In this document: positions 48,667 through 58,853 of the stretch, in pieces
Layout: each line of letters starts with the position of its first letter
Position numbering within the stretch: position 1 is the first letter of the stretch
Assembly (NCBI RefSeq): GCF_044324785.1
Contig: NZ_CP172127.1
DNA from: Escherichia coli
GTDB taxonomy: Bacteria > Pseudomonadota > Gammaproteobacteria > Enterobacterales > Enterobacteriaceae
Reading direction: 5' to 3' (one strand)
DNA: 64,000 nt
Position numbers and translations under genes: made by a program
The notes under the pieces: model-generated
The model's database searches: none
The model's input: only the letters and a program-made list of their open reading frames with translations
Told to the model about the DNA's origin: nothing

Positions 48667-50559
48667 TTAGCCAAGAATCGAACGGCGAACTTTATAATAA
48701 TATTTGATGAGCTTATTTCTTCTTGGCGAACCGACAGGAGCATATTTGTTAACATATGGCATTAAAGCTCTTTTAATCTTTGTCTGCAGTAACACGGTTT
48801 GCTGCAGTTCAGTATGTTGGTTAGGTACTACCGTGGCCACAGGTAACTGGCGATAGTAGATTTCTTTCTCCCATGGCGTACTTAAAACATTCTCAAGAAA
48901 ATCATCATAGAAATCGACTTTCTCAGTATTCCATGGTTTGTTTTCACCCGCATAGTGAATCATTTTTGGATTTCTTCTGGCTTGCAAAAAGCGCATATAG
49001 GTTGAAAACTTGAGATTCGGGAAGAAATCATCGGTATTACCATTACCATGGTACACGTTCCATTCTAATGGTAAGAATTTGACTCGGCCAAAGAAGACTT
49101 TGTTCATGATATCCTGATCTAAGAACCAATACTTTTTGGCTTTCAATGCTGACATCAATTGAGCAAAGGTATTCTCTGTAACCATTTGTTCGACATTAAA
49201 AACAATAATCCCGGCCTGAAAATATTCGTCAGGATTAGTCATTCCTAATGTCTTTTTCAGGTATTGCTCTGCAGGCATAATGCCATCATCTGATTCTGAC
49301 ATGGTACCAAACTTCACAAACCCTTCCATGACGATGTCTTTAACAGCGGCAACCAGGTTAGTGCCGATCTCGACATCCAGAAGTGTCGCCAAATCAGCCT
49401 TCACCACGGTGTCAGAATCGATAAACACAACTTTTTTATACTCGCGGAAAAGTTGCGGGATGAACAAGCGCGCATAGGTCGACGCACTAAAATGTGCACG
49501 GGTATGAACATCACTCATCTCAGTGAATGAATTCACATCAAAAAAGCGCAATGATATGTTGTTATGACCAGCAACTAGCTTGATAAGGCGTTGTTTATTT
49601 AAATGACTGACCTTATTTTCCAGAACAACGATATCATAGTTTCTGCTCGCATCAGAATGGAGAACAATTGAATTGATTAATGCCCCGCCACTTAATGCAT
49701 AGTTATTATCAAAACTAATAACAACCGGTACGCTTTCGTCAAAAACGGGCTTTAATTTACCATTAAATGTTTCAGCAGTAACAAACGTGCGCTGTAGTTC
49801 TTTTATTTTTAGCTGTTTATCTTGTTGACATTTGATGATATAGATATTGAATAAACGCTCAGCAATGTGTCCTATAACTCGTTTTTCTTGAGCGTTGTAG
49901 TTATTCATCGAAATCCGATCTTCAAGATTAGACAAAATAGCAAAAAGCCATTCAGAATAATCCAGGAACATGTCTTTGCGCATAACAAACATGTTCGTAT
50001 AATAACCATCAGTTGCATTATTGAATTGTTGAATCGCAGCTTTATATTGTGGATACAGCTCTTCAACGACATCCAGGGCAGACTGATAGTCTTTAATGTG
50101 TAAAAACTCACCTTTTGCATAATGATCAAGGTTATTCTTACTTCCTGCCGATGTTACCGACCATTTTTTGGGTAACAGCAGATCATATCCATCGACGCAG
50201 GTGCTTATGGATTCATCACTTAATCCAAACTGGCTTTCGTATTCGGCATTGATGAGCGGGTAGTTGACTACCCCCCAGTTATCCTCAGGATGATTTTGTT
50301 GTTCTGCAAAGTTCAAGTGTCTGCGGTAATGCATGAATCCCACATAGTCAGCCAGAGATTCATTCTTCCACACCCAGTAGTGGGCCGTCAGCTCACAATA
50401 GAAGGGGTTTTTAAAGGAAATGTTGTCTCCGCTATCATCCCCTTCACAGCCAATATCATTATAAGTATTAGCCTTCCCGACATGCAGTGGTTTAATAATA
50501 GAGGCATTTAGAAAAGCACTGGGTTTGTGGTGACATGTATAAATTTTGATACTATTCAT
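48667..50559 (-). CDS. wbbM: WbbM-like bifunctional glycosyltransferase (N-terminal DUF4422-like domain + C-terminal GT8 domain)
   Basis: 630 aa; C-terminal GT8-like region (VVISFDNNYA...FIDSDTVV). Size and position match Klebsiella WbbM. Confidence 0.8.
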   Translation of the reverse strand: MNSIKIYTCHHKPSAFLNASIIKPLHVGKANTYNDIGCEGDDSGDNISFKNPFYCELTAHYWVWKNESLADYVGFMHYRRHLNFAEQQNHPEDNWGVVNYPLINAEYESQFGLSDESISTCVDGYDLLLPKKWSVTSAGSKNNLDHYAKGEFLHIKDYQSALDVVEELYPQYKAAIQQFNNATDGYYTNMFVMRKDMFLDYSEWLFAILSNLEDRISMNNYNAQEKRVIGHIAERLFNIYIIKCQQDKQLKIKELQRTFVTAETFNGKLKPVFDESVPVVISFDNNYALSGGALINSIVLHSDASRNYDIVVLENKVSHLNKQRLIKLVAGHNNISLRFFDVNSFTEMSDVHTRAHFSASTYARLFIPQLFREYKKVVFIDSDTVVKADLATLLDVEIGTNLVAAVKDIVMEGFVKFGTMSESDDGIMPAEQYLKKTLGMTNPDEYFQAGIIVFNVEQMVTENTFAQLMSALKAKKYWFLDQDIMNKVFFGRVKFLPLEWNVYHGNGNTDDFFPNLKFSTYMRFLQARRNPKMIHYAGENKPWNTEKVDFYDDFLENVLSTPWEKEIYYRQLPVATVVPNQHTELQQTVLLQTKIKRALMPYVNKYAPVGSPRRNKLIKYYYKVRRSILG

Positions 50560-50573
50560 CTTATTACCAATTA

Positions 50574-51314
50574 TTAAGCCATTGCTTGCTTGTAAAGTTC
50601 AATGATTCTCTCTGCTGAGCCAATTTCGCGGAGTTTATGGTTTTCGATCCAAACAACTCTGTCACAGATTTTTTCAACATCACTCATATTGTGGCTAACG
50701 AATAATATCGTTACACCCTTATTTTTGAAGTCTCGTATTGTTTGTATACATTTGGCCTGGAACGAAATGTCACCGACAGCAAGTACCTCATCGATAATAA
50801 GTATATCGGGTTCTACCTGGCTGATGACAGAGAATCCAAGCTTCGCAAGCATACCACTTGAGTACACGCGAATAGGTTCGTCAATGAAATCACCCAGCTC
50901 GGAGAACTCAATTATCCGATCCATCCGTTGCTGAACCTCTTTGCGGCGTAGCCCAAGCAGGGTCGCATTGAGATAAATATTTTCTCGCCCGGTTAATTCA
51001 GGGTGAAAACCGCCGCCTAGCTCAAGCATTGAGGCAACGCGTCCCTGGGTTGTAACAGTGCCTTTTGTAGGCTTAATGACGCCGGCCACCAGCCCGAGGG
51101 AGGTACTTTTCCCTGCGCCGTTACGACCAATCAGCGCTACGGCCTCGCCTTTACCCACGGTGAAGGTAATGTCTTCGATCGCAAGATATTTACGCCCTTT
51201 TAACAGCTGAAAAGCTCTTTTAGGGTGAAATACGAGATCCTTAATTCCTGAGCCAATATGGTGGTAAAGAGGATACTCTTTCGTAACGTGACTAAAGTTT
51301 ATTACTGGTTCCAT
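50574..51314 (-). CDS. wzt: O-polysaccharide ABC transporter ATP-binding protein Wzt (short form, no carbohydrate-binding extension)
   Basis: 246 aa; Walker A GRNGAGKST, signature YSSGMLAKL, Walker B ILIIDE. Confidence 0.9.
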   Translation of the reverse strand: MEPVINFSHVTKEYPLYHHIGSGIKDLVFHPKRAFQLLKGRKYLAIEDITFTVGKGEAVALIGRNGAGKSTSLGLVAGVIKPTKGTVTTQGRVASMLELGGGFHPELTGRENIYLNATLLGLRRKEVQQRMDRIIEFSELGDFIDEPIRVYSSGMLAKLGFSVISQVEPDILIIDEVLAVGDISFQAKCIQTIRDFKNKGVTILFVSHNMSDVEKICDRVVWIENHKLREIGSAERIIELYKQAMA

Positions 51315-52093
51315 TACAAAATCTCTGCAAATCGATATTTTAATTTATTAAAAATACTCAGGCCCACAATTGTCAGGACTAAACCTGTAATGTAAAGGAT
51401 TGAAATATATTCATAATTTAAGACGCCATCCATGAACAGCTGCCGCCAGCTGAGGATCATGCTTGCCAGAGGATTATAGGTAATAATCCAGCTAAATTTT
51501 TCAGGAATCATATCTGACGCATATAATATCGGCGTGCAATAAAACATGAGCATGATACCAAGGCTGACAAATCGCTCTAAATCCCTGAAGAACAGATTTA
51601 GCGTAGAAAATATGATTGAAATACCAAATGTAAAAATCACCTGACCAAGCGCAATAATTGGTACGCCCCAGAGCCATGAGAGCGATGGACGCATACCATA
51701 CACGAACAGGAATGCAATAATCACAGGAATTGTACACAAGAAATGTACCCCTTCCATCATGACATTACTCAATGGAATAACTGAGCGCGGAAAAACTGTT
51801 TTTTTGATTATTTGCGCATTGGCTATAAACGAAAACAAGGAATTTGTCGCCGAGCTGGCAAACCATTGCCACGGAAATAAACCGGTAATCAAGAAAAGGG
51901 TATAATTCGGGATCTGCACTCGCATAACGAGCTTAAAAATGAAATAATATATCATTGCAAAAAGCAGTGGATTCGCAATTGACCATAAGTAACCAAATAC
52001 GCTGCTTTTATAACGTACCTTTAAATCTTTGTTTGTTATAACAACAAGAAGATCAAACAAATACCCTATATTATACTTCATTTTTATACTCAT
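51314..52093 (-). CDS. wzm: O-polysaccharide ABC transporter permease Wzm
   Basis: 259 aa; six-TM ABC-2-type permease; stop overlaps the wzt start. Confidence 0.9.
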   Translation of the reverse strand: MSIKMKYNIGYLFDLLVVITNKDLKVRYKSSVFGYLWSIANPLLFAMIYYFIFKLVMRVQIPNYTLFLITGLFPWQWFASSATNSLFSFIANAQIIKKTVFPRSVIPLSNVMMEGVHFLCTIPVIIAFLFVYGMRPSLSWLWGVPIIALGQVIFTFGISIIFSTLNLFFRDLERFVSLGIMLMFYCTPILYASDMIPEKFSWIITYNPLASMILSWRQLFMDGVLNYEYISILYITGLVLTIVGLSIFNKLKYRFAEIL

Positions 52094-52390
52094 AAATTAT
52101 TCTACAAAAAATTCCGTACGTAATATGTATCAAACAGAATTATCGATAAGATCTGCTGTGCTCGAGAGACGAACAGCTATTCCCATAAACAAAGACCAAT
52201 TGTAACATCATTTTGCACAAGCAATATGTAAACAATCTTTCCTGCGCATTAGCACTCCGGAATCGGAGATGATCGCTAACCTCAGTAACCGCTGAATGAA
52301 AATGTGATTCTCGTGGAAGATACATAAACCATCCTTTAAGATTGTAAATAAAATGTTAAATCGAACAATGAGTTTATTCTAAAATTCAGA

Positions 52391-52402
52391 CACGCTACCG
52401 CC
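52391..52402 (-). promoter_or_regulatory. ops element (RfaH recruitment site, part of a JUMPstart) in the leader of the wzm operon
   Basis: Plus strand reads cacgctaccgcc; its reverse complement is the exact ops sequence GGCGGTAGCGTG, on the operon strand about 300 bp upstream of wzm. Confidence 0.7.
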
Positions 52403-53051
52403 ATTGGCTATCGCAACCAAAATGCGGACTCCCCTCTCTAAAGTGTCTGTCTTACCCGGTCTTACCGTAACGAAGAGGATACGCTCGTCGTTAGCTCCAC
52501 AAGCATTACCGGCGCAGCATTCATGAAGCCACAAACAGCCTAGTCAGCGTTCGGCAAAAAAGCTAAAAACAAACGGATATCTGTACTCAGCGCCCCTCTC
52601 CGGACTCACATCCATCGCTACACCGCAACAAATGCACCGCTACTTTCCCCAGTTTATGGCATCCTATCCATCAGGACTTTCTCATTTCACCCTTGAAACC
52701 AACAAAAAGCGTCACTCTCGGCAGTATGACTTCAACAGCCATGTAGCTGGGCGCTCCGCATCTCTACATGAGTCAGGCAGAGTATTAAGTTCGCGGGCAG
52801 GCAGCGGCAACACCACCAGGATAACGTACTTCCTCATCCTATCTTGCATAAAAGTGAATTTGACTTTTCTTCAAAAGTGGTCAAATCCGAGCGTCGTAGG
52901 GTACGTTTGCTGCGCATTATCAATAATGCATCCGTAGGACGTGAATTACGCGCGCATTATAGCTCTGGTCTGGAAGAATAAAAATGAAAAAGCATGACCA
53001 ATCCATCCAGCCAAAAAATACTGAAGTGGTCAACAAAAACTGGCCACCGAG

Positions 53052-53455
<404 letters not shown>

Positions 53456-53640
53456 GTAAGCGTCGTCTGAGTACCGTCTGGTCCCGAATCCAGGATCCTG
53501 TAACTTAAGCACCCACTTATTTTGCAGGTGGACACCTCATGCGCACCAAAGAACGACTCCCCCGGAAACGCTATTCTCCTGAATTTAAAATGGAACTGGT
53601 CAGGCTGGCCCTTGAACAAGATGTCACGAACGGTGCAATA

Positions 53641-55366
53641 GTGGTTCTTCCGCAACTTGGGTGGAAGAAAATGGATGAAACTTTCTGGTGAACAAGGATC
53701 TAAGCTGTTTTAAGTTATGGGCAACGCAATGCACTCTCTTAAGACACTTCTACAGTTACCTTGCGGATGGCGATGCAGTCGACAAATTATTAGCTCTGAC
53801 GGTATCACCCTCCATCTCCACGGAAAACGCAAAACAGCACAATGTCCTGAATGCTCTAAGCGTAGCGACTCTGTTCATAGTTCTCGTCGGCGCCGGATAC
53901 AGCATCTACCCTGCTCCGGGCAGACGCTATGGCTTGTATTTTCCGTCCGCCACTGGTACTGCCGTAACCCTGTTTGTTCACGAAAAATTTTTGCCGAGTC
54001 GCTTGCTCCCTTCGCCGGTTCACACCAGCAGTCTTCACAGGCGTTACAAAATTTACAACGTCAACTGGGATTAATAGCCGGAGGTGAGGCTGGAAAACGG
54101 GCTGCAACGGCAGTGGGTCTCCGTTGCAGTGCAGATACTCTTCTTCGCAGGGTTATCAATACCCCGGGGACGAAACAGTCAGGCGCGCCTCATGTCGGTA
54201 TTGATGAGTGGGCGTGGCATCGGGGCCACCGTTACGGTAAGTTAATCGTCAATCTTGATACTCACCGTCCCCTCGTCCTGCTTCCCGGTCGTGATCAGCG
54301 TACGCTGGCGACCTGGTTCAGAAAATATCCGGAAATACAGGTTGTCTCGCGTGATCGCAGTGGAGTCTATGCAACAGCAGCACGTGAAGGTGCACCTCAG
54401 GCCAGACAGGTGGCCGATCGATGGCACCTGCTAAAAAATATTGGCGATGCGCTTGAACGAATGATGTACAGACATATACCTCTGATACGTCTTGTTGCCA
54501 GTGAGTTGTCACTAAAGAAATCACCTGAGCCAGAACTGTCTGTGCCTGCAGTATCGCTCCGTCGTCCGGAACGCCTTAAACAGCAAACCCGCAAAAAACG
54601 GCATCAGCGTTGGACAGAGGTTATGGCCCTGCATAACAAGGGATGTAGTTTCAGGGAAATATCCCGTATTACAGGCCTGTCGCGTGTGACAGTCAGTCGC
54701 TGGGTGCGTTCAGGAACATTCCCTGAAATGTCAACCCGACCTCCAAAGCGAGGGCTTCTGGACCCATGGAGGGAGTGGTTAAAAGAGCAACGAGAAAGCG
54801 GTAATTATAACGCCAGCCGGATATGGCGGGAAATGGTGGCCCGGGGGTTTACAGGCAGTGAAACCATCGTCAGGGATGCTGTTGCCAAATGGCGTAAAGG
54901 CTGGATCCCACCGGTTACTACTGCCGCCAGACTTCCTTCAGTGTCCCGGGTAAGCCGGTGGTTGATGCCCTGGAGAATAATCAGGGGGGAAGAAAATTAT
55001 GCTTCCCGATTTATTAGTCTGATGTGTGAAAAAGAACCGGAGCTGAAAATAGCGCAGCAACTGGTACTCGAGTTCTACCGTATTCTGAAAACCCAAAATA
55101 AATCACAGCTTAGCAGCTGGTTCACTCGAGTCCACGAAAGCGGCTCAGCAGAACTTCGGCGCGTGGCTGCGGGGATGGAAGCTGATGCTGCGGCTATATG
55201 TGAGGCAATCAGCAGTCGCTGGAGTAATGGTGTTGTCGAAGGTCATGTAAATCGCCTGAAGATGTTGAAACGCCAGATGTATGGTCGAGCCGGATTTGAA
55301 CTGCTCAGGCAGAGGGTCATGAGTCCACTGGCATGAAAATCTCCACCCAAGTTGCGGAAGAACCAC
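53641..55366 (+). mobile_element. ISL3-family insertion sequence nested inside the IS66-like orfA
   Basis: 25-bp perfect terminal inverted repeats GTGGTTCTTCCGCAACTTGGGTGGA at 53641-53665 and, inverted, at 55342-55366; encloses a single transposase gene. Confidence 0.75.
53717..55336 (+). CDS. ISL3-family transposase
   Basis: 539 aa; N-terminal zinc-finger-like region (CGWRC...CPEC); ISL3-like architecture. The second Met at 53729 is an alternative start. Confidence 0.8.
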   Translation: MGNAMHSLKTLLQLPCGWRCSRQIISSDGITLHLHGKRKTAQCPECSKRSDSVHSSRRRRIQHLPCSGQTLWLVFSVRHWYCRNPVCSRKIFAESLAPFAGSHQQSSQALQNLQRQLGLIAGGEAGKRAATAVGLRCSADTLLRRVINTPGTKQSGAPHVGIDEWAWHRGHRYGKLIVNLDTHRPLVLLPGRDQRTLATWFRKYPEIQVVSRDRSGVYATAAREGAPQARQVADRWHLLKNIGDALERMMYRHIPLIRLVASELSLKKSPEPELSVPAVSLRRPERLKQQTRKKRHQRWTEVMALHNKGCSFREISRITGLSRVTVSRWVRSGTFPEMSTRPPKRGLLDPWREWLKEQRESGNYNASRIWREMVARGFTGSETIVRDAVAKWRKGWIPPVTTAARLPSVSRVSRWLMPWRIIRGEENYASRFISLMCEKEPELKIAQQLVLEFYRILKTQNKSQLSSWFTRVHESGSAELRRVAAGMEADAAAICEAISSRWSNGVVEGHVNRLKMLKRQMYGRAGFELLRQRVMSPLA

Positions 55367-55467
55367 TTTTCATCCGTCGTTGACACAAGAGGGCAGTATC
55401 GCTGCTCTGGCCCGTCAACATGACGTCAACGATAATCTGCTCTTTAAATGGATAAGGCTCTAGCAAC

Positions 55468-55695
55468 GTGAAGGGCGGGCGGGTCTGTCGACCCCGAAAA
55501 AATGCATCGTCGCTTCCTACCCTGATACCCGTGCAACTTCAGGCGGAGCCTTCTCTCCCGGAATTCGAACCACTATCCTGTTCACCTCCCACTGCCTGCC
55601 ACATAAAATGTCGGGGCGGAGAAATAACGCTGACCTCTCCCTCAGTTGAGCTTATGAGCACTGTCCTGCGCGAACTGATGCGGGGGTCTGTATGA
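55468..55695 (+). pseudogene. IS66-family OrfA C-terminal fragment
   Basis: 75-aa ORF ending ...LMSTVLRELMRGSV, whose stop overlaps the orfB start in the typical IS66 arrangement. Confidence 0.5.
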
Positions 55696-56057
55696 TAAAT
55701 CTTCCCGCAGGCACAAAAATCTGGCTGGTTGCCGGTATCACCGATATGCGCAACGGCTTCAATGGTCTCGCCGCAAAGGTGCAGACAGCGTTGAAAGATG
55801 ACCCGATGTCCGGCCACGTCTTCATCTTCCGGGGCCGCAGCGGCAGTCAGGTCAAACTGCTGTGGTCCACCGGCGACGGACTGTGCCTGCTGACCAAAAG
55901 GCTGGAGCGTGGCCGCTTCGCCTGGCCGTCGACCCGCGATGGCAAAGTGTTCCTGATGCCGGCGCAGCTGGCGATGCTGATGGAAGGTATCGACTGGCGA
56001 CAGCCAAAGCGGTTACTGACGTCCCTGACATGTTGTAGCCCAGGTCTTCTTCGTTGA
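55692..56057 (+). CDS. IS66-family accessory protein TnpB (OrfB)
   Basis: MINLPAGTKIWLVAGITDMRNGFNGLAAKVQTALKDDPMSGHVFIFRGRSGSQVKLLWSTGDGLCLLTKRLERGRFAWP matches the IS66 OrfB family as I recall it. Confidence 0.8.
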   Translation: MINLPAGTKIWLVAGITDMRNGFNGLAAKVQTALKDDPMSGHVFIFRGRSGSQVKLLWSTGDGLCLLTKRLERGRFAWPSTRDGKVFLMPAQLAMLMEGIDWRQPKRLLTSLTCCSPGLLR

Positions 56058-56877
56058 TAAAGTTCACATCCAGAGGATGGATACTTCCTGTAGCCCGTAA
56101 TATCGTCGATTCAATATCCTGCACATTCATCGGGATCACCGATGCAAGAAAAGCCCATTGATCAGAATAAGGCTGGAAATTAATATCAACAAAAACGCTT
56201 CCCCCCGATGCACGCGGTCTTTTTTGCAGAGGTAACGCGATAAGATTACCAAATCCTCCTTTTGGCATAGTATCCTGATTAGGAAATAATCGGTCATAAG
56301 AACTCAATTGCAGCTGTCGGGTCCGGCTGCACGTATAGCTAATAATAGCAGTCCCCAGACGGCGAGCTTCGCGGGCCGAAACTCGTGAAGCAAAAAATAT
56401 CCAGACATGCGCTCCCTGACGTGAGCGGGATATTTCCAGCGCAGCAGGTACACTCAGCTCATCACAGGCTCGCATGAACGCGGATGCATCCTTCTGCCAT
56501 TCAGCTTTATCAAAATCAACAGCCAGAAAATAACAGGAATCATCTTCCAGCAACGGATATAACCCGGCAGTATGCGTGCCTGCCAGATGCTGGTAGATGA
56601 CAAGATCAGATACAGGGAGTAACTGACGGTGCGTACAGTCCCCGCATTTTATCCGGGGTTTACCGCATATTCTCGCCTGCCATTCGTTAGCGCAGGCAGG
56701 AGAGTACCCTGATTTGCCGCTGGTTTTACTTTCCCAACGAAGGGCCCATATATCATCACGCCCACGAAACAACCGACGAAATAATGCAACCTTCTCGTCG
56801 GTGGATAATACGGAAACGCGCTGCACAGGGCTCGGCGGTTTACGTCGCCATTCCAAGTAATGAGACCAGACGGGCAT
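56058..56877 (-). pseudogene. Primase-like protein (archaeo-eukaryotic primase / prim-pol type N-terminal domain), 3'-truncated at the IS66 boundary
   Basis: Motifs LAVDFD (DxD) and RQGAHVWIFF (H-containing motif). The reading frame continues into antisense IS66 orfB sequence (to 55852), so the native C-terminus, where a helicase domain would be expected, is missing. Confidence 0.5.
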
Positions 56878-57080
56878 TTTCTGCCCTCAATGCAGCTAAT
56901 TCATCGCTGTCAGATTTATGAACCATATTCGTTACCTGTATCCGATCCACTGAGGCACCACGGCAGAAATTCGGGTCCCCTACACTGATGACAAAGCGCC
57001 CCGCCCTCTTCTGCCTATTAACTCAAGCACCTCCCAACAACTTACAGAAACTTAATTCTAATACCTAATACAGCTGTAAT

Positions 57081-57644
57081 TCAGTTGTGTCGTGGTCGGC
57101 CCCGGTTACTTTTTTCGGGAAGCCTGCTACGGCCCAGAATAATACCGTGTTCTTTCTGATCCTGTTTAGCCAGGTAGCTGAGGGCGTAACGTAAGTCGTC
57201 TACTGCGGACTTATCACTATAGTGAATCACGTGATCGATACGCACCGGGTATTTATCTTTAGCCCGGCACAGATGAAAATAACCCTCCCCTTCCGTGATC
57301 CGCCTCCAGATATCCCCCAGTTGCCTGGATATCTGATAAGAGTTCTTGTGACGTTGCCCATCCAGATAGCCGATAAAATGAATATGAAGCCCTTTGTCTG
57401 GTGTATATTCCATAACCCAGTAATATCCTGCCAACATCGTCTGGGTTTCGCTAAGTAAACGGTATATTTCCATACACATACTGTGCTTACAGGAATGCCC
57501 GAAACTGGGCGTGTCTTTCCTGTAGGCAAAATCAATTCTGAAAGGTAACAGTTTAGAAAAACGTTGAAACAATCCCTCCATGTGTTCATTCACATCTTTC
57601 AGAATCGCGAAATTCATTTCGTAATTGGGATTGGCATTATACAT
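57081..57644 (-). CDS. Inovirus Gp2-family protein (YfjJ/YagK-like), typical of CP4-57/P4-like elements
   Basis: 187 aa; resembles the YfjJ family recalled from CP4-57. Confidence 0.65.
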   Translation of the reverse strand: MYNANPNYEMNFAILKDVNEHMEGLFQRFSKLLPFRIDFAYRKDTPSFGHSCKHSMCMEIYRLLSETQTMLAGYYWVMEYTPDKGLHIHFIGYLDGQRHKNSYQISRQLGDIWRRITEGEGYFHLCRAKDKYPVRIDHVIHYSDKSAVDDLRYALSYLAKQDQKEHGIILGRSRLPEKSNRGRPRHN

Positions 57645-58775
57645 TTTATAGTCCTTAATTTATAAAACTCACAGGAAGAGGAAATTATGTAAATACTGAG
57701 AGAACATAAACGCCGTAGCACGGCATTAATAAACGAAGTAAACCAGCAGCACAGACACCCTGATAAAACTGTTTTGTATTACCGCATCGCTGTAACGAGG
57801 TAATACTTCAGAATTCAGTGAGGCTCTCTTAAACAGAGGACCAGTAAGAATTACAATGGTAAAAACACACCTCATAGAATTGAGTTTAAGGAAGCACCAT
57901 TCACTCAACCTGACATTCACAAAAGTCAGTACCAGGTGGCCTCAGGTAACATCGCTATTAATATTATCCTGCCATTAAGTAAAAACAGAAACTCTGTGAG
58001 GAAGTCTCACCAATATTTGACCAGTAGCATAAAGAATAACGATATGAGAGATACGCCCACACCAGAGATGATTACCCCATACAAAAAGATAATATTTATT
58101 AATACCACCGCACCTCAATAGACTAATAACACACTAATAGCGTTTTGGTACACACTTAACACTAACTATGCACCAGACACATACTCAGGATTAACATTCC
58201 CAACATTTATGGTACTCTCAAAGAGTATAATTCACCACACAGGTAAACTCTCACACCAGTAGTATGGAGATAATGCTGTACACATACTTACAGAGTAAAG
58301 TGTACAGTTAGCATACAGTGGCGAGCAGACATTACAACATAAAGACATAAGATAGCATAATAAGAACATAACAAAACTCCCACTAATAATACTAATTAAC
58401 CTTAATTCTTTTTTGAACAGGAAATCAACATAGCTCCAGACCTCTTCAGGTCATACACTTTTGTATTGGATGTTCAATGTGTACTTCTGCACAAACAAAA
58501 AAATAAAACCCGCAAAATAAAATATCAGCCCCAAAAATACAGCGTGAAACACCACGTTATGGATATGTTTTCATATCACCAGAAGCATATTTCACACATA
58601 CAATACAGAAACAATTCATCATATAATCAGGGTTACTGTTCACTCCTCTCGGTTATCCGCGAGACGATAAAACATGACACTAATCACAAAAACGAGAGAT
58701 AGTATTTGCGAAATATAAACAACATAAAAATCAATGCGTTGCGATTTTTTATTTTTTCAGACATGCATGCCCCCT

Positions 58776-58811
58776 CTGCTATTGTTGCTAGCCGGCTAGC
58801 AACAATAGCAG
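58776..58811. repeat. Perfect 36-bp palindrome (18-bp arms, no spacer) just downstream of the 607-aa gene
   Basis: ctgctattgttgctagcc|ggctagcaacaatagcag read directly; preceded on the plus strand by tttttatttttt. Confidence 0.7.
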
Positions 58812-58853
58812 GGATATACAAACATCGGATGCCAAAAACACGTTCCGATAATA

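Larger units (their letters stand above)
53456..56057 (+). mobile_element. IS66-family element remnant (orfA interrupted by an ISL3 element; orfB intact; main transposase orfC absent)
   Basis: Candidate IS66-type terminus GTAAGCG at 53456; orfA-like N-terminus MRTKERLPRKRYSPEFKMELVRLALEQDVTNGAI at 53537, broken by the ISL3 insertion; orfA C-terminal fragment (55468-55695); orfB (55692-56057). Confidence 0.55.

Noticed and set aside
52140-52325. 61-aa minus-strand ORF in the wzm leader
   Set aside because: Short, no RBS context, and it lies in the untranslated leader between the ops element and wzm; likely spurious.
57726-58702. Short ORFs (64 aa, 61 aa, 78 aa) in the A/C-rich block
   Set aside because: Low-complexity translations in a region with extreme compositional skew and no consistent strand or RBS; the region is treated as non-coding (see findings).
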